A stretch of 57,132 nt of DNA, filler included, from Ionaspis alba (lineage: Eukaryota): assembly GCA_964255285.1 (NCBI GenBank). It is 4 parts of 4 records of this genome, joined end to end, with 100 filler letters (N's around TTAATTAATTAA, not from the genome) between each part and the next. Parts side by side here need not be neighbours in the genome. Positions count along the whole stretch, not along the records: positions 14,339 to 28,540 come from CAXUUL010000431.1; positions 28,641 to 42,840 come from CAXUUL010000432.1; 2 more parts are not named here. One strand, given 5' to 3'. Below, piece after piece: positions 25,435-36,770 of this stretch. The position numbers and the translations under genes were made by a program. The notes below the pieces were generated by a model. The model saw only the letters and a program-made list of their open reading frames with translations, was not told the DNA's origin and ran no database searches. The stretch's first letter is position 1. Each line of letters begins with the position of its first letter.

Positions 25435-26356
25435 CCGTGTCAAGAGCCTTAGAAGGACTCGTTCATGAATACATTTTATCGGCATTAGCATATGAATTCT
25501 GGAAAATTTGGTTATAACGACTATTCTTTTGCTAGGTGATTGTTTTGTTACCTATCTCTACAACATAGAATACTCAGAGCTAGGCTTGTTGCATATGTAA
25601 AGACTGGCACCGGCAGGAGGCTGCAAATAATGACCCGATGTGGCCTGCTGAGCCACAAGGCGCTTCTACCGGCAGGCCACATGCGGCCCCACTAAGCCCA
25701 CTGCGTATCCGAAGTTACATCCCAACTTCCAACAAAACTGGTCGCAAGAATAAAAAGAGGCTCAAAAGACCTTTATGGAGATATTGGCAATATACAGACC
25801 ATTTAGGGAGCTCTAATTTCAAGGTAATTGCACTTTAGACACAGCCTGAATACTTGGCACAGAAGCTAACTCTATGAATTTGATAGCAACGGAAATCTCG
25901 ATTGAGGCAGTTACAGATGGCAGCCACATCCATCTAATATTTGATCGTTGTCATACCGGTCATACTGGTCACGCTGCTCACAAGACGATGGCTGTCAACG
26001 ACTAAAGAGGTCTATAACTTTATCTTGGGAATGCGCGCATCTCTACGTTTTGCCTCAGTTGTTGCTGTCATCGTTGAGTAATCAGGAACACACTCCTTAA
26101 GAACACATAGAGGCAGTCGGACAGCTTACAAACGACGCCATTGGTATTAATCACTCCTTTGGAGACCCACACCAATTCAATCACACTGGCTTACGCCGGC
26201 TCGAACCAGGGGACCCCACTACGTCAGCTCAACCAGCAAGCCCCAGCTGTGGTGCCCAATAGCGACCTGAGCTCCTTGCTACAAATACAAAATCTGAGGA
26301 TAGCAGCATCCGAGGAATCAGCATCTCGGCTCTCTGCTTCTCTCTCCACTAGCGCC

Positions 26357-27553
26357 ATGTCATCCTCTGATTCTGCAGTTCCAGAATCTTGGATATCATC
26401 CTTCTGCTCCCTACTAGGCCACGAATACTTCGCCGAGGTCTCGGAAGACTTCATAGAAGATGACTTTAACCTCACTGGTCTTCAGTCGCAAGTACCGATG
26501 TACAAGGAAGCGCTGGAAATGATACTGGACGTCGAGCCAGAGGAAGACGAGGATGAGGAAGAGGAGGATGAAGAGGAGGAAGATGATGACGAGGATGGCA
26601 TAATGCGAGATGAAAATGGTGATCGGATAGATTCGGGCTACAGGCGCGCTGCTGGAGATCGAAGACATATGCGGATGGCCAGCGATCTGAGCGTTATAGA
26701 AAGTTCCGCGGAGCTTCTCTATGGTCTGATACATCAACGGTACATCACATCACGGCCAGGCATACAACAAATGGCGGAGAAATATGATGCGCAACATTTC
26801 GGCGCATGTCCGCGGGTCTTCTGCAACGGCGCCAAGGTTCTGCCAGTTGGGTGCCACGACACGCCAGGAGTGGATACCGTCAAATTATTTTGCCCGAGCT
26901 GTCTGGACGTCTACACACCACCAAACAGCCGATTCCAATCCGTCGACGGCGCCTTCTTTGGCACCACATTCGGCTGCCTCTTCTTCATGACCTTTCCCGA
27001 ATTCGAGGTATCCACCAAAGGGGATCCTCTTAACCTCGCCACAACACACTCCATCTTCTCCAACCCAAACAACTCGCAAACAGCCATGACACCCGCCGAT
27101 TCTACGAAATCCCGCTCCTCCTCCCTAACGTCCAATGTTGCGCCCTCTACCGCCAATCTCATACCTCCAGAATACTTGCCCCCACCCAACCAACCCACCA
27201 GCATAAACGGCATTTCAACCATCAATCTCGCGCCGGGACTCGGACCCGGCAAAATCCACGAACCGCGAATCTACGGCTTCCGGGTAAGCGAGCGGGCGAA
27301 GACAGGGCCGCGGATGAAGTGGTTACGGATGAAACCGGTGGATGTGACGGAATTGGATGAGGCGAAATCATATTACGAACTGCATGGCGGTAACGGCGAG
27401 GACGAGTATGAGGGCGGGAAGAGGGTTAACGGAACTGGAGCTGGGGCGTCGCAAGTAGTGGAGAGGAGGAAGAAGGCTGTGGCGAGGCGGAGGAGACAGG
27501 GAGCAGGGAACGTGGAAGCGATGGATACGAATGGGTTGGGGGAAGGGGTCTGA
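26357..27553 (+). CDS. CKB1: Casein kinase II regulatory subunit beta-1
   Basis: SWISSFC...EDFIEDDFNLTGL, an acidic loop, LYGLIHQRYI, a CPRVFC...CPSC zinc finger, DGAFFGTTF and PRIYGF. Likely ATG at 26357. Confidence 0.96.
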   Translation: MSSSDSAVPESWISSFCSLLGHEYFAEVSEDFIEDDFNLTGLQSQVPMYKEALEMILDVEPEEDEDEEEEDEEEEDDDEDGIMRDENGDRIDSGYRRAAGDRRHMRMASDLSVIESSAELLYGLIHQRYITSRPGIQQMAEKYDAQHFGACPRVFCNGAKVLPVGCHDTPGVDTVKLFCPSCLDVYTPPNSRFQSVDGAFFGTTFGCLFFMTFPEFEVSTKGDPLNLATTHSIFSNPNNSQTAMTPADSTKSRSSSLTSNVAPSTANLIPPEYLPPPNQPTSINGISTINLAPGLGPGKIHEPRIYGFRVSERAKTGPRMKWLRMKPVDVTELDEAKSYYELHGGNGEDEYEGGKRVNGTGAGASQVVERRKKAVARRRRQGAGNVEAMDTNGLGEGV

Positions 27554-28540
27554 ATACGTCGACCCGGCACGGGAATTGCGATTGAGGATAAGGCGCTGGC
27601 TGAGGAGCGCCACTGGCCGGGAGGAGGTCCCGGTGGGGAGGAAAGGGACATGCTTGCTAGCGATGATATACACAACAAGAGGGCAAAATAGCGTTTTGAC
27701 TCCTCGCTTCTTCCTCTACTTTTCTCTTCTCTTGTCGTGTGGGAACTGGACATCATACAAGGTTGGGCTATTGGGAGGGTGGCGGCTTCTTTTTCCAATC
27801 AGATTTCTTGCTTTTCACTTTCCACTGCATGGACAGCGGCGTTTGTGCGTTTCGTAGGATGGGCTGTGGAATAAGCATTACCAATTCTGGCCTCGGCGCT
27901 TGTCTATAAGATTGATCTAAAGCTCTACCGATCATATGCTTGGAAACGAGCTCAGCATTTCGATAACAGTTCTGTTTGACACTCACTCCTTTCATGGAAC
28001 TAACCCACCCTTCCACGACTTCCGGTATACCTCCTATCTCTTGTCTATTGAAGACGTGCTGTCTTGCTTCGGCACACGTTCGCCAAGCTAGTATGTAAAG
28101 ATCCTGATAGAACCGTTGTTAGTTCATGGAGACAACTGAGCGAAAAAGCACATACCAGAAACATCGTTGGGCATTCAACTAACATTCGTGTTCAGCCAAC
28201 CAGACAACTTCCAGCTTGGGAAACGGAAGCTCGTCCCTCGACATCGAGTTTAGTCTGTGCCATCAGAATTTATCGCAATAACGACACGAGAACCAATACT
28301 AGCCTCGATTGGCCGCCAGGGAGCATGTATAGGGACCTTGGCCTCCTTTACTAGCACACCACGCACATCTCACTCTCCCATCCGCCGTAATGCACGGCTG
28401 GTTGAACCGATTGCAGTTTGTACATCCCTGGTCCACAACGCTCGACTTTCGAGTTGGTAGATGCCACAGGTTGCGGGTGGCCAGGGCGTCGCGTCCAGGT
28501 CCGTGCATGTACAAAGGCATTCTCTCTATCGCAGATGCCG

Positions 28541-28640
28541 NNNNNNNNNNNNNNNNNNNNNNNNNNNNNNNNNNNNNNNNNNNNTTAATTAATTAANNNN
28601 NNNNNNNNNNNNNNNNNNNNNNNNNNNNNNNNNNNNNNNN
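28541..28640. other. Artificial contig linker N44-TTAATTAATTAA-N44
   Basis: Same structure as the linker at 14239; 12-mer at 28585-28596. Confidence 0.97.
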
Positions 28641-28853
28641 CAGACCCATTCCGGAGTATCTCAAAGCATTCTAAGTGCCGGATTCCAAAGCTCTCCCACA
28701 CTCTGACACACAGGCTATGCAAGGTTGTAAAGGTTAAAGTACATCAAGCATCGTCAAGCCTTTTTCGTCAAACGCGATCTTTCCCCGAAGTAGAGAAGTG
28801 AAGCTTCATGTAAATTGCTCCATGAACATATGCTTTTATACCCCTTCTCCAGA

Positions 28854-29567
28854 TCAATAGCCAACACCGACGAGGTAGTCGGCCAACTGCTCTACGGTCG
28901 TGGCTGCGGCACCAGGCTGGACGGTTTCGGGGTAGTGGGTGATGAGGATGGCTTGGGTGGTTTTGACGATCATGATGCCCTCTTTGCCCTATAGTCCCAA
29001 ATTATAAGCTTAAAAAACAGTTAGGGTTTTAGTTCAAGGATTGTACCTTCTTGCCGTATATACTCCGGTCCTCGGCCTTAATCACCACATATCTTTCCCC
29101 GGCCACATGCACTCCTGTGCTCTGGACCTTCTTCACATCGCCAGTGTCCTTGTAGGCGCTGACGATCTCCTTCAACTCCTCTGGTTTCACCTGTCATCAG
29201 AACCTGTCAGACCATTCTTGCCAAGCCCGTCATCTTCGGACAGCTCTCGAAGGTGCATGGAAGCAAAATTCCCTCTTATCTGACGCATGAAGTACTTCGT
29301 GGTAGTGTCATACGTACGCTGAATCCTTTTGAGGATGCCCACTCGCTATCCCCCGCTGCGCTGAAAATGGCCGCCTTGTCGATGTTGCCTGTCCCGACAA
29401 GACCGTAGGAGAGTTTAGCTTCATGCTGCGGAGCAGGTCAAGGGGAGGGAGGTGGTACCTGGTATCGACGTATGCTGTACGATGAGGGTGAGTCAGCCTT
29501 CTCCACGAAAAGGAAGAGGGTGATGGGACTCTGGAACGGGGGGTTGCTCCGTACCTTGCCACGACAT
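28854..29567 (-). CDS. PFY1: Profilin (5 short exons)
   Basis: Spliced MSWQ|AYVDT|...[36 protein letters not shown]...[62 protein letters not shown]. Missing from the ORF track. Confidence 0.96.
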
Positions 29568-31658
29568 TGCAAATTACTACTTCCTTGTTCTGGCTTGACG
29601 GCGCAGGAGATCTTATGGTTTCCCTAAAGTAGCCTTTGGTTTGAGAAGAAAAAAGCAAGTTGATGGTGCGCTTGTTATTGGGTGGATAGGCTTGCAGGAG
29701 ATGGGGCAGCCTAAATGCAGATGGGTATGATAATGTGGAAGCTGGGTTTTGGTTTTGGTGGGGGTTTTTTTACGAGCAGAAAACAACCCCCCCGCCGCCT
29801 AGAGAATGAGGCATCCTTGGTTCAACGCACAACCCCCCGCTGCCTTTCGCAGAACCATGCAATCGATCAGAGGACGGTGCCTTATCACGCATGCAGCTTA
29901 CATACATCGACTGCATGACGGTAATAGTAACGACAACATCAGACTCGGATCCTCTGGGAAGTATCTATCGGGTGACCGTCACCTGGACTTGAGCGCCATC
30001 AGGTCAAGTTGCTCCACACATTTCCTCCATTATTGCGCAATAAGCCGCCGGGACCGTTGGTACCTTGAACTTATGGGTGACGTGACAGCGGTAGCTTACA
30101 GCAGCAGAGACAGCACGAGGAGGCCGTTGCGTGACCACCAGGATACCCATTCCTGGCCACAGGATCCATCATCTCACGAGAACAACGATGCTTCTAGGAC
30201 AGAATTGCCGTGCAATCTCTCTCTCCGGCATAAGAGTTCGAAGTTTCGGACGAACTGACTCTGCATGCTCCAATGTAGCACGCATAGATTGGTACCTTTC
30301 GTGGCTTTTTCAGCAGTCCCTGCCTTGTATGCACAACGTCCACATGGCTTGAATCTTGTCATCTTCCCTGCCGGATACGACGATAAGCAAAGCGACATTC
30401 GCCTTCGACGTCGATGCAGCTCGAGCATCACGCTCTTCCTCCACATGCACACGCCGCTCAAGTCGGTGGAAGCTTATTGATCCATCAAGGCCGTGCCCCC
30501 TTCGCTCTCATTTCGGTGAAGGGGCCGTCTCATCAAAGGCCAACAGCTGAAACACCAATGATAGAGCCTGCCATACAACCCTTCCACCACCTCGTGTGCT
30601 TTATCCTCCAACATTTTGACCTCTCCCGCCCATGTCTGACCGTGTCTACTTCCCTAGATTTCCTTCGCTGGCGAATCTCTGTGGCTTTTCCTCCACACCA
30701 TTCGTCGGCTCCCGGCCATTCTAAGTTCCACCTTGTTTGCTTCAGCCCTCACTAGGCACAGCTGAGGTGGAGGTCAAATTTCTACAGCAAACGCGCAAAA
30801 GACAGTGGAAGTGTGGAAGACTTCGATACGGCGTACATGCCCTGCCATCAGGTCCAGTCTGTGCTGACGCATACACACCAGGGAACTGCCCAGCGGTGTA
30901 GTTTCATCTTCATTTCTCTAGCCGCTTCATGCCTACCATTGATCGTCCGGAGTTTTGCCAATCCCCCTCCTGCATTGTGCCAATCTCTCCGTTCCTGCGG
31001 CCCTGGGCCGAACCCAATGCTCCATTTCGTATTTCCATCAATCTCCGCCATGCTTTGCCTGCATCGTTGGGTTGCCGTTGCGCCTCTACCTTCCCTGCGA
31101 ATATCAAGCAGCACTGCTCCTTGTGGCGATCCCTCCCCCTCAAATTATCCTTTCATCTATTCTCACTAGATCGCAGCTTAGATCCTAGCTAGGATTCGTC
31201 CCTTCCTGCTGACTTCACTCTGTTCTCTCNNNNNNNNNNNNNNNNNNNNNNNNNNNNNNNNNNNNNNNNNNNNNNNNNNNNNNNNNNNNNNNNNNNNNNN
31301 NNNNNNNNNNNNNNNNNNNNNNNNNNNNNAGCTTAGATCCTAGCTAGGATTCGTCCCTTCCTGCTGACTTCACTCTGTTCTCTCGACGTTCGTTCTCTTG
31401 GATGTACCTTCGTAGCGAATTCGTTCTGTTACTCCCTTACGACATCACGAAGTCCTCCCACGCCTAAAGACATCGATTACATTTTTTACCCTGCAATATT
31501 CTTATTTATGGTTTGCGAGAGACATACAGAAGCCCCACAACGAATCCTCTCAGAGATTACCATGCCCATTGCTCTAATTCTATAGCTGCTACGAACGTAC
31601 ATAAAGAGCAGTCCTCAGACCCGATATCTATATTGACCTATTCTTTGTTGGGTTGAGT

Positions 31659-33703
31659 ATGGTGAAGGGATCCGGTGCGCTTGCTAGAGTACGCTCTTTC
31701 CGTTCGAAACCAAGCAGAGAAGCCTTCGACAAACCAGATGAAAATCCAGCAACTATCACTGTTTCCACAGTTGTTCATACCGAGGCGGAACCGAACACCC
31801 AACAACAGGACTCGTCGCGGACATCACCCTCTTCCAACCATTTGGGTAACAGCAGCCCTCGACGAGGCATGGCGATAGATCAGGAACCTACATTTATGTC
31901 TCCACAGAAGATAGCGGCTCAACAGAGGAACCTCGATGCTCAACGACCGCCACACCTGCAGTTGTCGAAGAATCATCATGTAGTGGAGGAGGATATGATT
32001 GGAATGGCGCTGGGAAGTCCAAGTCAGGGTCCTTTCCCTATACTGCCCAGTAGTGCTCCGACTACCAGGCCTTCGTTCACCGACAGCACGTTGGGTTCTT
32101 CTGCTTCCAGCCAAGCATGGCCTGGCGATTCACCATATACGGAGGAAGCTATCAAATTGAAAGGGAAATGGAAGATGTTCGGAGGCATTTTTGGAAAGAA
32201 AGGTGTCGCATCACCCACATCGCCATCTTCACAGTTCTATCAGTTGCAGCTCTCTCCTGCTTTGTCGGATCAAGATTCTCAAGCTAGTCCAGCTCAGACT
32301 CCATCTCCTCGAGGAGCTCGCGGTTTCCTTCACCATGGGGACTCTGGTAGTGCCAATGGAGATGCTACAAGGAAGAAGTTGAGGAGCCGAAAGGAATCTC
32401 GTCCAGAAGTCAAGCCAGATATTGTACGAGCAAAGAGTACACCGCTAATCCGAAATGAAAGACAACTGCCCACTCCTCCACCTAAAGATTCTCAGCCAGA
32501 TAGGAGAAGTCCACAGCTTTGGACAGATGGAAAGCCCATGATGCTCCAGGTGGAGATACCAGACGTTGCAATGGAACGTTACAGCATTATGTTTGGAAAT
32601 GTCCTACAGCAAAGGCCACCCTCGTTGATGGTACGGAGGCAAGCGCCATTGGAGAAGCTAAAGTCGCTCGGCAATGACAAACATGAAACGGTACAGAAAA
32701 TTGCTCTCTAATTGCCCGAGACTAGTGTATTGATCTTCAATAGCCTGAATATTCGGCTTCGAGCGATAGCCTGCTGAGACCGACCCGACGAGCGACTTCG
32801 CCCTCGCCTAGGGCCAAATCACCTTGTTTCTCTCTCTTCCCACCGTCCTCTCCAGATCCCAACCGAGGTGCATCGCCACAACCTTCTCGTAGAGCAATAC
32901 CACTCTCTCGCTCTGCTACAGCTCCTGGATCTCTTTCCCCTGCTCGGGCCACTTTTGATTTCGCGACGCCTACTTCTCGAGATAACGACAGCCACGAGAT
33001 CAAATTGCACCACCCGAGGCTACCTTTCGGCCCGCCAGACCACTCAAATGAGAGTATAGACTCTACGACTATTACTTCAATATCGGGCGATTTCAAGAGC
33101 GCTCACGCTGCCCCTACTTTCCCTGACGAAACGCTCGTTACGCCTCAGATCATTACATCACCGCCGCCATACAGTTCTTCTATATCACATGATACCCGTT
33201 CTAATGATTCACATTCGAGTCAACCATCCCCGAGAAGTTCATCGCTTCCTGAGAACCACCCAAGCCATATCCAGCACAAGACCGCCAATGTCGTAGATCA
33301 TCCAATCAACAGCAACACAAACCCGCCTCACGCACCTGTCCAGAAAAGTTCTCCAAAAAAACAATCTGACAGACCCGTCTTCAAACCACGCACAAGCTCT
33401 CAAAGTCCCAGAGATCTCCCTAGACCTATCAACGCACCCCATAGCATCTACAGCCCTCATATCCAGAATCCGTTATCCTCGTCTCCACCATCTGCGGCCG
33501 AAATATCTGTTGCGCGACAGATCTCGGTGTCGCGTCGACAGCAGCAACTCTTGGTGCCTATAACGCCAAAGACAGTGCGGCCGCCGAAAAGAGCTACGAT
33601 TGTGGATGTGGATGCCCAGGCTGATGGGGATGCGGGTGGGAACGGAGGCAAGACGGGGCATGTGAGTCGAAAAAGTCATCATTTGATTGTTGAAGAGGCT
33701 TGA
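31659..33703 (+). CDS. Uncharacterised Ser/Pro-rich fungal protein (2 exons)
   Basis: ORFs 31653-32711 and about 32743-33703 can be joined by a GT..AG intron at about 32691-32742. Short conserved-looking islands: IGMALGSP, WKMFGGIFGKK, LQVEIPDVAMERYSIMF and EISVARQISVSRRQ. Confidence 0.7.
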
Positions 33704-34598
33704 TTGGGTGGCGATCTTTTCGGGTCTTGCTTCTTCGTGCTTTGCGTTGGGGAGAATGGGCAGCAGGGTTCTAGGATTTCGCATGTGTGTAGGCATTTTC
33801 TTGTTACAGCATCTTGGGAGGAGAAGCTTGTGGTTGATGGGGATGTGAGATGCATAGCGAAACTTTGGCTGGAACATCGTCACGCTGTGCTGTTCTTCGA
33901 TTGGATTGTTTGTACTGCATCGCTTTGGATGGGTGACGATGTTTGACGGGAACTCGAGACCGATAGTGTTCTTGCTGGCGATTTCTCCATGGCTTTTTAA
34001 GTTATATTATTCCCCCATTGTACAGGATTGGAGAAATTGAGAAGACTTTGTGCAGATATCTGATCACCGTTCTTTGCACCGTTTCATTCTGCTGGTCCAT
34101 TAGAATCGTAAATTGATATAAATTTAAATCTATGGACAGTACGTGGAAGTACTGCGATTATTGGCCTAGATTCTGTCATCTGTAGCTTCAAACGCAAAGC
34201 TTTACCAATCTCTGGTGCAATATGATACCCAATGTTGAAGAAAAGATATATTGCAGAGCCGCACATGATTGCAGCTAGGCACGTGACACTTGTAGACCGC
34301 ACACCCACTAGTCGTCCGCGGCATAACATGCTCGGGATCTATGTTCCATCAGCTTCCCTCACAGGTATGTATAGAGTCTTGCCCTCATAGATGGCGCCTC
34401 CTTGCTAATAAGAGATAGTGTAAATATGTCATGCCATAGCACTGCATCTCTTCGAAGGACAATTGAGCTGTTCAACCGCTAAAGACTGGACCCACGCAGT
34501 GCGTCCCACACATATTCGAAGCTCGTCAGAGAAGAAAACATTCAGCCCAACGTGCAGGCTTGAGTGACCTGTGAACATATGAAAACCCGTCTTAGATC

Positions 34599-36503
34599 AT
34601 GGAGGACATGCCATTCGCTGCCAATGGCATCACAGAGGCGGAAACTTTAGCCAATGCTCCCTCAGGAACCAAATCTCCCCACGATGGAGGAGTCGAAACC
34701 GAATCGAACAATCCTCCGCCAGAGATGAGCTCAGAAGAACTACCAGTACCAAAACGAGACATTAGTGATCTGCGCAACCCATTGCCCAACCTTCTAGAAA
34801 TGCGCCGGCGCCTTTTCGAAGTCAGAGAGACGATCGAGCTCAAGGTCGATGAGTTCGAGCGATATTGGCCCTATGTCGATAATGTATGGGTGAGGCAGCA
34901 CAGAGCCGGCACAGACAAAAGTGGTCGGATCACTACGGATTACTATGCTTGTCGCCTGCAACGGCCAACCTATACGCCGCGAAAAGCGCCGCAAGAAAGA
35001 CCAGATGGCAAGCCATTGCGCAAGAAACAGACCAGGGAGGGCGGCACATGCCAAATGCGAATCAAAGCCGTGCGCTACGAGGGCGGGTTTTCCAAATACA
35101 CCATCACCAAAGTCGGTGCCCACGAACATACACACGATCTGGACCACATGGACAGCATCAAGCGCAATACCGTGGTCATGGAAATCGCCCGCGCGGAAGT
35201 CATGAAAGGCTTCATGCCCGCCTCCGTCTTCACCATTATGAGCGAAGACGAAGCCAAGCTCGCCGCAGCAGGTGGCCGCCACCTCAATCGCAACGACGTC
35301 CGCAACGCCTCCCAATCCTGGCGACAAACCCACCGGGACGCACTGAACGTCCACCCAGGCTACAAATACGACCACGGTAACGGCATCGTGCGGGACGAGT
35401 CCTTCCCTCCACCTCCGATACCACAGGCTGCACCCGACCTCAGTATGCTCGACCCAGCTCTAGTCCCGTCTCCACCGCTCCCCACACCACCCACCTCGAC
35501 ATCCACCTCTCTCCTCCCTCCAAATGCGCTACACTTCCCACCCCAAACCGCCTCTCTCCTCGACCCCTATCTCCCACCCACCGACACAGCCCTCTCCCCT
35601 GGTAGCCTCCCCTTCGTAACCCTCACCTACGCCACCTCCCTCGACTCCTTCCTCGCCATAGCACCCGGCACCCAAACCCACCTCTCAGGTCCCGGGTCCA
35701 AAGCACTAACGCACTACCTCCGCGCCCACCACGACGCAATCCTCATCGGCGTCGGCACAGCACTAACCGACAACCCCACCCTCAACTGCCGGCTCGCCGG
35801 CGCCGGTGGCTATGGCGGTGTCGGGTGGGACTCACAGCCGCGCCCCATCATCATCGACCCCGGGGCACGCTGGCTTCTGACGCCCGACTCCGCGGTCCTG
35901 CGGGCCGTGGCAGAGGGGCGGGGAAAAGCACCGTGGATAATCATCGCGCCGGGCTTCGCGATCGATCCCGCGCGACTGGAATTGCTGAAATACTACGGTG
36001 GGAAGTACGTCGGCTTGCCGGAACTGGATAAGAAATACCGGCTCAGCTGGGAAGGCATTTTCCGGGCTTTGGCCGCCGAGGGGATCAGAAGCGTGATGGT
36101 TGAGGGCGGGGGCGTGGTGATTAATGAGTTGCTGCAGCCGGAATACAAGGAATTGATTAGGAGTGTGGTTGTTACGGTTGCGCCGACTTATCTTGGCACT
36201 GGGGGGGTGGTGGTTTGTCCGAGTAGGAATTTGGATGAATTGGGGAGGCCGAGGCCGGTGGTTAGGTTTAGGGATGTTAGGTGGGTGCCCCTAGGGGAGG
36301 ATGTGGTTATGTGTGGGAGGCTGGGCAACGGGGAGGCAAACGCGGGAGAGCGGGGCCAGGTGAATGAGGTGGAACAGCGAGTGAGGGAGGAGGATGGAGT
36401 GCAAGATGGACAGGAGGCTGAAGGTTCTAGGGGGATGGATGAGCAAGGGGGAGAGCTGGGTGCGGCGAATAATGTTGTAATGGGCAAGAGCTTGACGCTG
36501 TGA
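34599..36503 (+). CDS. Fusion protein: N-terminal Mutator/FAR1/WRKY-like C2H2 DNA-binding domain + C-terminal RIB7/RibD_C pyrimidine reductase
   Basis: Single 634-aa ORF. The C-terminal half has PFVTLTYATSLD, THYLRAHHDAILIGVGTALTDNPTLNCRL, PRPIIIDP and SVMVEGG. The N-terminal half has YYAC-x32-C-x25-HTH. A Pro-rich linker joins them. Confidence 0.85.
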   Translation: MEDMPFAANGITEAETLANAPSGTKSPHDGGVETESNNPPPEMSSEELPVPKRDISDLRNPLPNLLEMRRRLFEVRETIELKVDEFERYWPYVDNVWVRQHRAGTDKSGRITTDYYACRLQRPTYTPRKAPQERPDGKPLRKKQTREGGTCQMRIKAVRYEGGFSKYTITKVGAHEHTHDLDHMDSIKRNTVVMEIARAEVMKGFMPASVFTIMSEDEAKLAAAGGRHLNRNDVRNASQSWRQTHRDALNVHPGYKYDHGNGIVRDESFPPPPIPQAAPDLSMLDPALVPSPPLPTPPTSTSTSLLPPNALHFPPQTASLLDPYLPPTDTALSPGSLPFVTLTYATSLDSFLAIAPGTQTHLSGPGSKALTHYLRAHHDAILIGVGTALTDNPTLNCRLAGAGGYGGVGWDSQPRPIIIDPGARWLLTPDSAVLRAVAEGRGKAPWIIIAPGFAIDPARLELLKYYGGKYVGLPELDKKYRLSWEGIFRALAAEGIRSVMVEGGGVVINELLQPEYKELIRSVVVTVAPTYLGTGGVVVCPSRNLDELGRPRPVVRFRDVRWVPLGEDVVMCGRLGNGEANAGERGQVNEVEQRVREEDGVQDGQEAEGSRGMDEQGGELGAANNVVMGKSLTL

Positions 36504-36770
36504 ACGACTGGGAGCTAATCTATTGGGCCGGGGGTTTCGAAATTCATGGTCTTTGCAGCGGGAGTTGAGAGATGTCTTAGTTGCAGAGCTTCTACTTAGA
36601 TGCTACTGACTTCTTGCTCTAAGAGCTTTACGATATCCATCATACGCTTGCAAACAGCCGTAGCTGATTGCTGGGTATCTCTGAGAACATAATCAAAGCC
36701 ACATGCGCCAGTTCGCTGTGAGCGTCACCCTCCTGAATCAAGCTGCCAGATAGGTGAAGATACGGACAGC

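Noticed and set aside
26141..26356. N-terminal extension of CK2 beta from a TTG start
   Set aside because: Homology begins at MSSSDS...SWISSFC, and the ATG at 26357 has a good context (gccATG). The upstream part is probably 5' UTR.
29755..29795. G/T-rich and A/C-rich imperfect inverted repeat upstream of profilin
   Set aside because: Low-complexity homopolymer runs make chance pairing likely.
34599..35400. Active Mutator transposon
   Set aside because: No DDE catalytic domain, terminal inverted repeats or target-site duplication are visible, and the domain is fused in-frame to an enzyme.
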